NCBI GenBank assembly: GCA_037924335.1
Contig: JAXSMZ010000004.1
Location: 14,703-78,702, forward strand
Length of the DNA: 64,000 bases
Origin: Aquificaceae bacterium
GTDB taxonomy: Bacteria; Aquificota; Aquificia; Aquificales; Aquificaceae
Reading direction: 5' to 3'
Below, piece after piece: positions 48,795 to 59,462 of this stretch. Both the position numbers and the translations under genes were made by a program. How positions within the stretch are numbered: the first letter of the stretch is position 1; every line of letters begins with the position of its first letter. Under the pieces are notes generated by a model. The model was given only the letters and a program-made list of their open reading frames with translations. It did not search any database and was not told where the DNA came from.

Positions 48795-51101
48795 ATGAAG
48801 ATACCTTACTCCTGGCTTTCTGAGTTTCTCCACATAGAGGACGTACATCCCGAAGATGTGTGTAGAGAGCTAACTCTAAGGAGCGTTGAGACAAGCCTTT
48901 ATAAGTTTGATACGCATATAGAGGGCGTTGTATTTGGAAGGGTCTTGGACCTGAGAGAGCATCCATCTAGGAAAGACCTTACGGTTTGCACAGTTGATGT
49001 GGGAAAAGGTGATTATCTAAGGATAGTAACTGGTGACATGTCGGTAAAGGTAAAGGACGGTGTTATAGTTGCTCTGCCTAATTCAAGAGTGGGCAACCTG
49101 TATGTGAGTAAAAAAGAGATGAACGGTGTGGTTTCTGAAGGTATGCTTCTTTCTGCAAAGGAGCTTATGTTAGAAACCCATTCAGAGGGTATTTTGAAAG
49201 TGTATGAGGATATAAGACCTGGAACAACTGTCTATGAGATTTTAGGCTTCGGAGAGTACATATTGGAGATAGAGGTAACACCCAACAGAGGGGATCTGCT
49301 GAGCATCAGGGGCATTGCTAGAGATATAGGTACCATCTTGAGACTAACCAAGAAAAAACAACGGATGCTTGAATACAGAGAAGAGGGAGAAATAGAAATA
49401 TCCATAGAGGATGAGGACTGTAAAAGGTACAGGGGTGCCATCATAGAGGGTGTTTGTGTTAAGGATGCTCCCCTGTGGATAAGGAGAAGGCTATGGCAGT
49501 CTGGATTAAGGAGCTTAAACAACGTTGTAGATATAACCAATTACATAATGCTCAGGGATGGTCAGCCTCTTCATGCCTTTGACCTTGAAAGCTTGCAAGG
49601 TGGTATTGTGGTAAGGTCTGCTAGGGAGGGTGAGAAGATCCTAACCTTGATGGGTTCTGAAAGAGAGCTGAGCAAAGATAACCTTATCATTGCAGACTCA
49701 TCAAAACCATTAGCCATCGCTGGCATCGTGGGGGGGATAGAGAGCTCGGTAACTAAAAAAACCAAGAAGATACTATTAGAGTCCGCTTACTTTGACCCCT
49801 ACAGGATAAGAAGGTCCTCCAAGCTTCTGAATTTACAAACGGAGAGCTCATACAGGTTCGAAAGAGGAGTAGACATAGAGGGGGTAAAAAGGTACCAAGA
49901 CGAGGCCATAAAGCTTATAATAGAGTCCGCTGGTGGTAAACTTGTTGCCATAAGGGATGTTTACAAAAGACCGTACATCCCATCAAGAGTATTCCTCCAT
50001 CAGGAAAAGTACAGAAGGTACGCTGGGGAATTTATGGATAAGGGGGAAGTAAGTTCAATACTCAGCAGCCTTGAGATACCAAACCGTGTGCAGAGGTGTG
50101 GAGTGGAAGTTCATGTACCATCCCATAGAAGTTTCGATATATCTGGGGATGTGGACCTAATAGAGGAAGTTCTAAGAGTAAAAAACTATAACTCTTTACC
50201 TTCCCAGGACCTTTCCCTTCCTGTACGAGCCTACAAAACAAAAGATAGAGCAGATAAGATAAGGGATTTTCTTGTAAGCAATGGACTTTACGAAATTGTA
50301 TCCTTTTCCTTTGAAGAAGATAGCCTTTACGAAATTCTTAAAATAGAAAAGCCCAGCATTGAGATAATAAACCCTCTTGTAAAAACTCAAAGGTTTATGA
50401 GAAGTTCCCTTTTACCGTCTTTGATAAAAGCCTGTATGCAAAATCAGAGACAGCATGTTTACAGTATGGGTCTCTTTGAGATAGGAAAGGTATACACAGA
50501 AAAGGGGGAGGAAGAAAAGGTTGGACTGCTACTCGTTGGGACAAAGAGACTCTATCCAGAGGAAGAACATAACGCCTATGAACTCCTCTCTCTTATGCTT
50601 GACATAGGAAGGCTTTTTGGTTTAGAGCTTAGTATGGAAAGGTCATCCCACGAGTTTATGCACCCTAACGTTAGAACAAGCCTGACCATCGATGGAGAAG
50701 TTATAGGATTTTTGGGTCAACTTCACCCCGAGGTCTTAAAAGCCTTGGAGATAAGAGGCAAGGTTTTTATCGGTGAGATGGGTATTCCAGTCTTTGGTCC
50801 AGTCAAGCATTACAGACACTTCTCTAAGTTTCCACCAGTGATAAGGGACATAACGTTGACCGTAGACAAAGATACCCATGTGGATAAATTAATATCTTAT
50901 ATAAAAAGTTTTGAGAAGGTAGAAGAAGTGAAAGTATTTAGCGTTTACACAGGTTTAGAAGTTGGGGAAGGCAAGAAGAGAGTAAGCTTTAGATTGGTTC
51001 TTAGGAGCTTTGATGGTAGCATGTCCGATGGGGAAGCAAACAGCATCGTTGATGCATTGATAAGTTCCCTTGAGGTAAAGTTTGGTGTAGGGCTTATATA
51101 A
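48795..51101 (+). CDS. pheT: Phenylalanine-tRNA ligase beta subunit
   Basis: TPNRGDLLS, NVVDITNY, SYRFERGVD and an FDX-ACB domain. Confidence 0.96.
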   Translation: MKIPYSWLSEFLHIEDVHPEDVCRELTLRSVETSLYKFDTHIEGVVFGRVLDLREHPSRKDLTVCTVDVGKGDYLRIVTGDMSVKVKDGVIVALPNSRVGNLYVSKKEMNGVVSEGMLLSAKELMLETHSEGILKVYEDIRPGTTVYEILGFGEYILEIEVTPNRGDLLSIRGIARDIGTILRLTKKKQRMLEYREEGEIEISIEDEDCKRYRGAIIEGVCVKDAPLWIRRRLWQSGLRSLNNVVDITNYIMLRDGQPLHAFDLESLQGGIVVRSAREGEKILTLMGSERELSKDNLIIADSSKPLAIAGIVGGIESSVTKKTKKILLESAYFDPYRIRRSSKLLNLQTESSYRFERGVDIEGVKRYQDEAIKLIIESAGGKLVAIRDVYKRPYIPSRVFLHQEKYRRYAGEFMDKGEVSSILSSLEIPNRVQRCGVEVHVPSHRSFDISGDVDLIEEVLRVKNYNSLPSQDLSLPVRAYKTKDRADKIRDFLVSNGLYEIVSFSFEEDSLYEILKIEKPSIEIINPLVKTQRFMRSSLLPSLIKACMQNQRQHVYSMGLFEIGKVYTEKGEEEKVGLLLVGTKRLYPEEEHNAYELLSLMLDIGRLFGLELSMERSSHEFMHPNVRTSLTIDGEVIGFLGQLHPEVLKALEIRGKVFIGEMGIPVFGPVKHYRHFSKFPPVIRDITLTVDKDTHVDKLISYIKSFEKVEEVKVFSVYTGLEVGEGKKRVSFRLVLRSFDGSMSDGEANSIVDALISSLEVKFGVGLI

Positions 51102-51262
51102 AGCCTGCCCTGTTGGTGGTATAGAGGTTTAAATTGGGGTCCACAAGGTGAGCCAATAGGGAGATTGGCCTCCGGGGTAGTCCCATAGGCATTCCGGGAG
51201 ATCTCCCACCTTATGGAAAGGGGCCCACCGGAGCCTCTTTTACCACGGCAAGGGCGGGTTTC
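51101..51262 (+). ncRNA. ssrS: 6S RNA
   Basis: About 160-nt self-complementary rod (GCCTGCCCT pairs with AGGGCGGGT) between pheT and ygfA; this ssrS-ygfA order is conserved. Confidence 0.8.
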
Positions 51263-51296
51263 TCTTGCCTTCCCCTCCTGTAAAAGGAGGCGGAAG

Positions 51297-51878
51297 ATGA
51301 AGGTTTTGAGGAATAAGAAAGAGCTTAGAAGGTATTTCTTAAATAAAAGGGATGAGATGGGAGAGGAAGAAGTAAGGCTTTATTCTGAAAGCATAAACGA
51401 AAGGATAAAGTCTTTGTACGAGTTCAAAGAGGCTAAAAAACTCCTTCTTTTCTGTCCATTCAGAAAGGAACCAGACATAACACCCCTCTTTTTAGAATCA
51501 GCATCCTCAGGCAAGGAAACGATCTTCCCAAAGGTTGATAATAACGACCTAAGGCTCTACAAGGTTGACAGCATGGAAGCTTTCAAAAGAGGTTCCTTCT
51601 GCATTCTTGAACCCCAATATGGCGAGGAGATAAGTCCAGAGGAGATAGACCTGGTCCTTGTTCCAGGCTTGGCCTTTAACATAAGAGGCTACAGAATAGG
51701 CTTTGGGAAGGGTTTTTATGATAGGCTTCTTAAGAAGATAAGGGGGACAAAAGTTGGAGTTGCTTACAGCTTTCAGGTGGTGGAAGAACTTCCCACAGAT
51801 GAGTGGGACCAGCCAGTGGACCTTATAGTCACGGAGAAGTACGTCATTAAAAATGGAGGTAAGAGATATGAGCTTTGA
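51297..51878 (+). CDS. ygfA: 5-formyltetrahydrofolate cyclo-ligase
   Basis: DLVLVPGLAF, RIGFGKGFYDR and D.PVDLIVTE; RBS AGGAGG. Confidence 0.92.
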   Translation: MKVLRNKKELRRYFLNKRDEMGEEEVRLYSESINERIKSLYEFKEAKKLLLFCPFRKEPDITPLFLESASSGKETIFPKVDNNDLRLYKVDSMEAFKRGSFCILEPQYGEEISPEEIDLVLVPGLAFNIRGYRIGFGKGFYDRLLKKIRGTKVGVAYSFQVVEELPTDEWDQPVDLIVTEKYVIKNGGKRYEL

Positions 51879-53532
51879 GTTTATTCTTTTGATAGTTATC
51901 ATCAGCTCGGTGTCAGCTGGGCTTGGCTTTTTACTTTCTAGGTTAGGAAAAACCAAACAGGTGGAGATTCCAAAGATAGATATGGAAAAAGTAAGGGAGG
52001 AGGTCTTTGAGCTAACGAAGAGGGCAAGAGAAGAGGCTGAAAAGATAAGGCAGGATGCTAAAGAAGAAGCCGAAAATACACTCTTGAAGGCAGAGGAAGA
52101 GATAAAAAGACTCAGGTCAGACTTGGAGAAAAGGAGGAAGGAGATAGAAGATTACTTATCCGAAAATAAGTTAAAGCTCCAAAAGATGGAGCAATCTTTG
52201 ATGCAAAAAGAGAACCAGCTTGAGAGAAGGTTTGAGGTCTTAGAAAGGAGAGAAGAGGAGCTATACAGAAGGGAAAAAGAGCTAAGGGATAGAGAAAGGG
52301 GAATAGAGGGTATACAGAAAGAGCTAGAGATTAAGATACAGAGCATAGCAGAAGGGCAAAGAGAGATAGAAGCTTTAAAGCAAAGGGAAATGCTTGAGCT
52401 TCAAAGGATAGCTTCCATGAGTATAGAGGAAGCTAGGATGGAGGTGCTCAAAAGAGCAGAGGAGATGGCAAGAGTTGACAGCATCAGGTTGATGAAGCAT
52501 ATAGAGGATGAAGCCAGAGAGAGGGCTGAGTTTGAGGCCAAAAGGATCATATCCACGTCCATTCAAAGAATTTCGTCAGATATAGCCATAAATTACACCA
52601 CTGCGGCTGTTGAACTCCCAAATAACGAGTTTAAGGGAAGGATCATAGGAAGGGAGGGAAGGAACATAAGGACTTTTGAGGTCTTGACCGGTGTGGACTT
52701 AATAATAGACGATACACCAGATGTAGTGACCATATCATCCTTTGACCCTCTAAGAAGGGAGATAGCAAAGGAGGCCCTTCAAAAGCTCATAGAAGATGGA
52801 AGGATACACCCAGCAAGGATAGAGGAAGTTGTGAATGAGGTTAAAAAAGAAATGGACGATAAGATAAAGAAGATGGGAGAGGAAACTTGTGCAGAGATGG
52901 ACCTTTACGACGTAAACCCTGGATTATACTATTACATAGGGAAGCTTTACTTTAGGACAAGCTACTCACAGAACGTGCTCCTTCATTCTAAAGAAGTAGC
53001 CTACATATCAGGTCTGATGGCAGAGGAGCTAGGGCTAAATGCAAAGATGGCAAAAAGGGCTGGTCTCCTTCATGATATAGGTAAATCTATATCCCATGAG
53101 CTCGGTGGGTCCCATACTGATATAGGAATAGAACTGTGCAAAAAGTACGGAGAGCCAGACCCAGTACTTAATGCTATAAAAGCTCATCATAACGAAGAGC
53201 CTGTCAGATATCCAGAGGTTGCCCTTGTATGTGCTGCAGATGCCCTATCTGCCGCAAGGCCTGGTGCCAGAAGAGAAACATTAGAGGCTTACCTCAAGAG
53301 ACTTGAAAAGCTAGAAAGTATAGTAAAATCCTTCAAAGGTGTGGCAAATGCGTATGCAGTACAGGCTGGTAGAGAGGTAAGGGTTATAGTAAACCCAGAG
53401 GAGATAAGCGATGAAGATGCCTATATCCTTTCAAAGGATATAGCCAAGAAGATAGAGGAAGAGATGGAGTTTCCAGGTCAGATAAAGGTGGTTGTGATAA
53501 GGGAAACAAGGTATGCAGAGTATGCCAAATGA
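51868..53532 (+). CDS. rny: Ribonuclease Y
   Basis: N-terminal TM, coiled coil, KH domain (KGRIIGREGRNIR) and HD domain (LLHDIGK). Confidence 0.96.
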   Translation: MSFEFILLIVIISSVSAGLGFLLSRLGKTKQVEIPKIDMEKVREEVFELTKRAREEAEKIRQDAKEEAENTLLKAEEEIKRLRSDLEKRRKEIEDYLSENKLKLQKMEQSLMQKENQLERRFEVLERREEELYRREKELRDRERGIEGIQKELEIKIQSIAEGQREIEALKQREMLELQRIASMSIEEARMEVLKRAEEMARVDSIRLMKHIEDEARERAEFEAKRIISTSIQRISSDIAINYTTAAVELPNNEFKGRIIGREGRNIRTFEVLTGVDLIIDDTPDVVTISSFDPLRREIAKEALQKLIEDGRIHPARIEEVVNEVKKEMDDKIKKMGEETCAEMDLYDVNPGLYYYIGKLYFRTSYSQNVLLHSKEVAYISGLMAEELGLNAKMAKRAGLLHDIGKSISHELGGSHTDIGIELCKKYGEPDPVLNAIKAHHNEEPVRYPEVALVCAADALSAARPGARRETLEAYLKRLEKLESIVKSFKGVANAYAVQAGREVRVIVNPEEISDEDAYILSKDIAKKIEEEMEFPGQIKVVVIRETRYAEYAK

Positions 53533-56086
53533 AGACCTAACTCCTATGCTTTCCCAGTACCACCACTTCAAAAGACTCTATCCAGACTGCCTGCTCTTTT
53601 TCCGACTCGGCGACTTTTATGAGCTCTTTTACGAAGATGCCACTATAGGTTCAAAGGAGCTTGGGATAGTCCTCACATCGAGACCAACTGGGAAGGGAAG
53701 AGAAAGGATATCCATGTGTGGAGTACCCTACCATTCTTCCTTTTCTTACATCTCTAAGCTTGTATCAAGAGGCTACAAGGTGGCCATATGCGAGCAGGTA
53801 GAAGATTCAAGCCAAGCGAAGGGGTTGGTCAAGAGGGATGTTATAAGGGTTATAACCCCAGGGACTTACTTTGAAAAGGACATATCAGGACTTGCATGTG
53901 TCTACAAGAAGGGGAACACATACTTCTGCGCCTACATAAACCTAACAACTGGTGAGTTCCTCAGTGGTTCCTTCAATGAAGAGCAGTCTTATGAATTCCT
54001 TGCCAAGTTTTCACCAAAGGAGCTTATCCTTCCACGAGGGCTTGAGTATAAGTTTGATAAGCTTATAGCATCCTTTAAGACGGAGGTTGATGAAGACTGC
54101 TTTTCTGATGGACTTAAGGAGCTAAAGAGGGACTTTGGTGTATACAGTTCAAGGGCTTTAGGATTTGATAAGGAGGAACAGCTTTTACCTTGCGGCTGTG
54201 TATATGTGTATGTTAAAAGAACACAGAAAGGTTTTCTCCCCTTTCTTAATAAACCAAAGCCTTACACGGATGAGGGCTATGTTAGGATAGATTACAAAGC
54301 AAGAAGGGGTCTTGAGCTCATAGAAAGCTGGGAGGGAAGAGAAGAGCTTTCCCTCTTTGGTGTGATAGATAGAACGCTAACGCCCATGGGAAGAAGGAAG
54401 CTGAAGTTTCATATACTCCATCCTTTTAGGAAAAGGGAAAAGATAGAGCAACTTCAATCTGCAGTTGAGGAGCTAAAGAACAAAGTAAAGGTACTGTACG
54501 AGGTCAGAAAGCATCTTGACCAGATACCGGATATGGAAAAAATCATCTCAAAGATAAGCGGCAACTTGGCAAAACCAAAGGACTTTATCCTTCTCAAGAG
54601 AGCTCTCTTCTCCCTTGATAGGCTGAAAGAATCCTTGAGAAAAGGAGGCTTATCTTCTTCTTTGCTCGTGGACCTGACTGAAAAAGTTGAGGACACTAAG
54701 GATGTAGCACAGTATATAGATGATGTCCTTGTTCAAGACCCACCCATCCATTTAAAGGAAGGTGGATTGATAAGGGATGGTGTAAACGACAGGTTAGATG
54801 AGCTCAGAAACGTACTTAAGAACGGTGAGAAGCTCATAAAAGAGTACGAAGATAGGCTAAGGGAAGAGACTTCTATACAGAGCCTTAAGATAGGGTACAA
54901 TAAGGTCATTGGATACTACATAGAGGTAACCAAACCCAACATTAAGCATGTCCCCCTCCACTTTAAGAGAAGGCAGACTCTGAGCAACGCAGAAAGGTTC
55001 ACAACGGATGAGCTTGTCTCTTTGGAAGAGAAGGTCATATCTGCTCAAGCCAGGTCAAGGGAGTTAGAGTATGAGATTTTTATAAAGCTCAGGGAACGTG
55101 TGCTTGAAAACATAGAGAGAATAGCCAAGAATGCGCATGTTTTAAGCATGCTTGATTATGTTCAATCCTTAGCTTATTTGGCTTTGGAAAAGGGCTGGAA
55201 AAAACCCACAGTGGTTGACGATAAAGTCTTGGAGATAAAGGAGGGTAGGCATCCTGTAATAGAGGCTTATGTGAAGGATTTTACACCCAACGGTACATGC
55301 ATGGATGGAGAAAACCTCATTATGGTTATAACTGGTCCCAACATGGCTGGAAAATCAAGCTACATTAGGCAGGTTGCCATTCTTACCATACTTGCACACA
55401 TGGGGTCCTTCTTGCCATGCGATGAGGCTCGCATAGGCTTGACTTCTTCCATACATGCACGCATAGGTTCTGGTGATATCTTAGCCCTTGGTGTATCCAC
55501 CTTCATGAACGAAATGCTGGACGTGGCAAGCATTCTGAACAATGCAGACGAGAAGAGCCTGATAGTGCTTGATGAGGTTGGAAGAGGAACATCCACTTAC
55601 GACGGCATAGCTTTAACGCAGGCCATCATAGAGCACATAGCGAACAAAGTAAAGGCAAGGACCCTTTTGGCAACCCACTACCTTGAGATAACAAAGATAG
55701 AAGATAACTTTCCATGCGTAAAGAACTACCATATGGCCGTATCTAAAGAAGGTGATAGTATAAATTTTCTTTACAAGCTGATGAGGGGAAGTTCAGAAGG
55801 AAGTTTTGGTCTGCAAGTGGCAAAGATGGCAAACCTTCCAAAGGAGCTCATAGAACGTGCAAAAGAAATTCTAGAGGATTACCAAAGGGGTAACCTCTCT
55901 TATCTTGAGAAGGTTTACATAAAGAGCGTAGAGGATGACCAAAGGAGGTTAGAGCAAGAAACACTCAACTTAATTGAATCCATCGATATAGCCAACACCA
56001 CACCAATAAAAGCTTTGCTTCTTCTCTCCGAGTTAAAGGAGAGGATAAGAAGTGTTAAAAAATCAACGCTTGGAGGTTTGCCATGA
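53522..56086 (+). CDS. mutS: DNA mismatch repair protein MutS
   Basis: TPMLSQY, GDFYELF, GPNMAGKS and DEVGRGTST. Confidence 0.96.
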   Translation: MPNEDLTPMLSQYHHFKRLYPDCLLFFRLGDFYELFYEDATIGSKELGIVLTSRPTGKGRERISMCGVPYHSSFSYISKLVSRGYKVAICEQVEDSSQAKGLVKRDVIRVITPGTYFEKDISGLACVYKKGNTYFCAYINLTTGEFLSGSFNEEQSYEFLAKFSPKELILPRGLEYKFDKLIASFKTEVDEDCFSDGLKELKRDFGVYSSRALGFDKEEQLLPCGCVYVYVKRTQKGFLPFLNKPKPYTDEGYVRIDYKARRGLELIESWEGREELSLFGVIDRTLTPMGRRKLKFHILHPFRKREKIEQLQSAVEELKNKVKVLYEVRKHLDQIPDMEKIISKISGNLAKPKDFILLKRALFSLDRLKESLRKGGLSSSLLVDLTEKVEDTKDVAQYIDDVLVQDPPIHLKEGGLIRDGVNDRLDELRNVLKNGEKLIKEYEDRLREETSIQSLKIGYNKVIGYYIEVTKPNIKHVPLHFKRRQTLSNAERFTTDELVSLEEKVISAQARSRELEYEIFIKLRERVLENIERIAKNAHVLSMLDYVQSLAYLALEKGWKKPTVVDDKVLEIKEGRHPVIEAYVKDFTPNGTCMDGENLIMVITGPNMAGKSSYIRQVAILTILAHMGSFLPCDEARIGLTSSIHARIGSGDILALGVSTFMNEMLDVASILNNADEKSLIVLDEVGRGTSTYDGIALTQAIIEHIANKVKARTLLATHYLEITKIEDNFPCVKNYHMAVSKEGDSINFLYKLMRGSSEGSFGLQVAKMANLPKELIERAKEILEDYQRGNLSYLEKVYIKSVEDDQRRLEQETLNLIESIDIANTTPIKALLLLSELKERIRSVKKSTLGGLP

Positions 56087-56577
56087 TAAAGCCATTCCTT
56101 TTGCTGTTTCTAATCCCCGTGTTAGCCATATCATCCGAAGCTATACCTTTCCTCAAGCTATCCATGCTCAACCTTAAGGAGGACTTAAACGAGTCCAAAA
56201 GGGAAGGAAAATACCTTTTTATCATGTTCCATCAGGAAGGATGCCCCTTCTGCGACAAGATGAGGAAGGTAACCTTCCGGGATAAAGATGTTCAAGATTA
56301 TTACACAAAGCACTTCTACATGGTTGAGGTGGACATAAGGGGTTCTAATGAGCTTATAGACCTGGATGGAAAGAGGATGAGTGAAAAACAGTTTGCGCAC
56401 AAGTACGGTGTAAGACTAACTCCAGTCTTCATGTTTTTTGACCAAAAGGGGGATGTGGTGGCAAAGATACCCGGATACATAGAACCAAAGGACTTTGTTC
56501 TTGTTGGTAAATACGTAGTTGAAGGACATTACAAAACCACAAACCTTGTAAAATTCTTAAGAGAGAATAAGAAATGA
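56083..56577 (+). CDS. Periplasmic thioredoxin-fold protein (SoxW-like)
   Basis: Signal peptide, CPFC and cis-Pro motif LTPVF. Confidence 0.8.
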   Translation: MIKPFLLLFLIPVLAISSEAIPFLKLSMLNLKEDLNESKREGKYLFIMFHQEGCPFCDKMRKVTFRDKDVQDYYTKHFYMVEVDIRGSNELIDLDGKRMSEKQFAHKYGVRLTPVFMFFDQKGDVVAKIPGYIEPKDFVLVGKYVVEGHYKTTNLVKFLRENKK

Positions 56578-57848
56578 CCTTTTTGCTCCTTCTTCTGTCT
56601 CTCTATATCTCTCACTCTCAAGAGATACTCAGACTAAACCCTAAAAAGGCTTATGAGCTTGCTTCAAGGAACAACAAGGAACTGATCAAGCTAAAACACC
56701 AGATAGAAGCAATGTACGCTGAGTACACTGAAGCTAAAAACTACTTTTTACCAACCATCTACTTAGGTGGTGGTATTATATACAGCTCACAGGGGGATTG
56801 GGACAAGCCTTTTGGACTTAACCTAGTTAGCTTACTGTACGAGTTTAAAAGAACTTCATCAAGAATAAATGCAGCCCTTCTTAGGCTCAAAATGAAAGAG
56901 GAGGCTTTAAGACAGCTCGATAGAGATATAAAGATTAGGATACTTGAGCTCTTTGCAGAAGCCAACCTATACAAAAAGCTCACAGAGGTAAAAAGGGAGG
57001 AGATGGCAATAGCCTACGTCAGATTTGACAGGGCACGGCAAAGTAAAGAACTTGGTCTTACAACCAACTTGGAAGTTTACAAGCTTGAAAGCGTCTACAG
57101 AGGAAAAAGGAAAGATCTTTTATTAGCTCAGTACGAGTACAACAAGGTGCTTCTTGAACTGAAAAAGCTAACGGGTATTGATATGTATGCTCTCATAGAC
57201 GTAGAAGATGTCCTCTTCGAACCAGAGCATGGTAGCATAGACGTGAAAAAGCTTTTGGACTACGCCATGGAAAACAATCCCCTTTTGAAGATAAAGAATA
57301 TTGAGCTTAGTCTCTACGATGAGATGATAAAGGAAGCTGACAGCAGGTTTGCAGCTCGTCTTCAGCTCAGGGGAGAAATAGGAAGCACCATAAGGGCTGG
57401 TATACTTCAGACAAGGGCATACAGATACGGTTGGAGGGCTGGTGTGGAGCTTATAATTCCCCTTTTTGACCCATCTTCTCCTTTTAAAGTAGATAGTCTC
57501 ATGTCCCAAAAGAGGGTGGCAAATGTAGAGATGAACTCTCTTATAGAAGATTTTAAACTCATCTCTAACTCAGCAGATTATAAGTACTCTTATCTGTTGG
57601 CTCAGTTAGAAGAGGCAAAGGCAAGGGATAAATATATGGAAGAAAACTTAACTCTCAGGAGGTCTGAGTATGAGTTGGAGCTCGCCTTTGACTTGGGTTA
57701 TGCTATGGCAGAAAAAAGCGAAGCAGAGAGGAAGCTTATGCAAGCAAAGTATGACCTTCTTTTATTTCTTGCTAGGCTTTACAGCTTTGCGGGGCTTGAC
57801 CCTTACCTTATTCTGGAGAATAAGAATGAGTTTATTAGGGCTGATTAG
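56574..57848 (+). CDS. TolC family outer membrane protein
   Basis: Signal peptide; repeated helical OEP pattern (NP.L, ELIIPLFD). Confidence 0.75.
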   Translation: MTFLLLLLSLYISHSQEILRLNPKKAYELASRNNKELIKLKHQIEAMYAEYTEAKNYFLPTIYLGGGIIYSSQGDWDKPFGLNLVSLLYEFKRTSSRINAALLRLKMKEEALRQLDRDIKIRILELFAEANLYKKLTEVKREEMAIAYVRFDRARQSKELGLTTNLEVYKLESVYRGKRKDLLLAQYEYNKVLLELKKLTGIDMYALIDVEDVLFEPEHGSIDVKKLLDYAMENNPLLKIKNIELSLYDEMIKEADSRFAARLQLRGEIGSTIRAGILQTRAYRYGWRAGVELIIPLFDPSSPFKVDSLMSQKRVANVEMNSLIEDFKLISNSADYKYSYLLAQLEEAKARDKYMEENLTLRRSEYELELAFDLGYAMAEKSEAERKLMQAKYDLLLFLARLYSFAGLDPYLILENKNEFIRAD

Positions 57849-58323
57849 CGCATTGTTTTTATTCTCTTTTTCCTTCTCCCAAGAGACGGAAATATACACC
57901 ATAGTAAAGGGCATAGTCAGGGAAGTTTTCGTGAAAAAGGGGCAGCACGTGAGACCGGGTGAACTGCTCGTGGATATAGACCCAACCCTTTACGTAAAAG
58001 AGAGGGAAAGGCTAAAGGCTGAGCTTGAAATTCAGAAGTTAAACTTAGAAAAGGTAGAATGGGATTTCAAAAGATACGAAGAGCTCTTTAGCAGGGATCT
58101 TCTTTCAAAAAGCGACTATGAAAAATGGAAAAACAAGTACGATGTAGAAAGAGCCAAGTATGCATCGTTGCTTGCCCAGGTAGAAAAGCTGGATACACTG
58201 ATAGAGTACTGCCGTATAAAGTCGCCCATAAAGGGGGTGGTCAAAAAGGTTTATGTAAAGAAGGGTATTTTTGTAAACGGTAGTATGGTACCGCAAGTTC
58301 TGCTCGTTGTTCAGGAGAAATAA
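57826..58323 (+). CDS. Short periplasmic adaptor (membrane fusion) protein
   Basis: V.G.V..VFVKKGQ.V..G.LL lipoyl half, alpha hairpin and IKSPIKGVV. Confidence 0.75.
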   Translation: MSLLGLISALFLFSFSFSQETEIYTIVKGIVREVFVKKGQHVRPGELLVDIDPTLYVKERERLKAELEIQKLNLEKVEWDFKRYEELFSRDLLSKSDYEKWKNKYDVERAKYASLLAQVEKLDTLIEYCRIKSPIKGVVKKVYVKKGIFVNGSMVPQVLLVVQEK

Positions 58324-58327
58324 TAAA

Positions 58328-58344
58328 GCAGGCTAAAAGCCTGC
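58328..58344. terminator. Hairpin between convergent genes
   Basis: GCAGGCT-AAA-AGCCTGC. Confidence 0.5.
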
Positions 58345-58345
58345 A

Positions 58346-59407
58346 TCAGAAAACAAAACCAACTTCTACGCCTAACCTCGTTTGGTTCTTTTTGTTGTTC
58401 TGTGTAAAAGGTTTGTCTGCATTGACGTAAGAAAGATCTCCCCTTACAAATAAGGGTCCTTTGGTGTAAGCGGGCGTTATGGTAAAGGTCCATCCCTTGT
58501 TCCCATCTCCCAAGCCGACAAGATCAATCCCACCAGCATCGGAGTTATCCTTAACATACTCTATCCTTCCAGACAGTTTAAAGGGTTTTATGTTATATGA
58601 AAAATGTATACAACCTCCACTTGCCTTTGCTTTCTCAGGGACTTCTGCTTCTGAACTTCTCGGAGCTTCCACATACATAAGGTCAAATCCAAAGGACAAA
58701 TTCTCAAGGCTATAACTTGCCACTACGTTATACACTCTCTTGTTAGCAGGGGCTGCAGTTTTATTAGGTCTGGAATCCTTGTCTGGTATTAAAAAGTTAA
58801 GGGATATGGAAGCATCCTTTATAGGTGTTACACTAACACTTCCTTCAAAAGCAGGCTTTGCATGTGTAGTGCTAAGGGTATAAAAACCGTCGTTTATACC
58901 TGCTTTAACCGTAAAAAGGTCTGTGCTGTACGCAAGCCTTGCACCGTTGTTTACAACGGGTTGCATGTTCCATATTAGACCTCTTTGAATGTAATTATTC
59001 AAATAAGTAAAGGCAGACTCATAACCTATTATGGTGGGAAGCTTACCCGCTTGAAGGGAAAGACCTTTCAACGGTGCATACTCCACATAAGCTACCGGAA
59101 GGGGGCTAAAAAGATCTGTACTCTCAGAAGTTTTTAAAATACCTACCCCAACAACTGGTACTGCATAGGCTCCACCCATAAGAGTAAAGCCAAAGGGTTC
59201 TGCATTCTTTGATATGGTCAAGAAAGCAGAACCAACATCGTAGCGTGTCTTTTTGTCTGTACCTGCCTTGTTGTTGGTATAGATGGTATATCCGGTTAGG
59301 GCACCACCTATATTAATGGTTCCCAAAATTTCCGTCTTGAGTTCAAGAGCCTCTGCTCTACTCAATCCCCCAAGAACAAGTAAAGCTAAAGTAAACCTCT
59401 TTATCAT
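58346..59407 (-). CDS. Outer-membrane beta-barrel porin downstream of amtB
   Basis: Signal peptide, AGKLPTIIGYE, terminal Phe. Confidence 0.75.
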   Translation of the reverse strand: MIKRFTLALLVLGGLSRAEALELKTEILGTINIGGALTGYTIYTNNKAGTDKKTRYDVGSAFLTISKNAEPFGFTLMGGAYAVPVVGVGILKTSESTDLFSPLPVAYVEYAPLKGLSLQAGKLPTIIGYESAFTYLNNYIQRGLIWNMQPVVNNGARLAYSTDLFTVKAGINDGFYTLSTTHAKPAFEGSVSVTPIKDASISLNFLIPDKDSRPNKTAAPANKRVYNVVASYSLENLSFGFDLMYVEAPRSSEAEVPEKAKASGGCIHFSYNIKPFKLSGRIEYVKDNSDAGGIDLVGLGDGNKGWTFTITPAYTKGPLFVRGDLSYVNADKPFTQNNKKNQTRLGVEVGFVF

Positions 59408-59462
59408 GATACATACCTCCTTTTCATCTTTAAAAAAAGGGCAGGAAGGGACACGGGAAGCC

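Noticed and set aside
51213..51296. Longer ygfA start
   Set aside because: It overlaps the 6S RNA; the RBS supports ATG 51297
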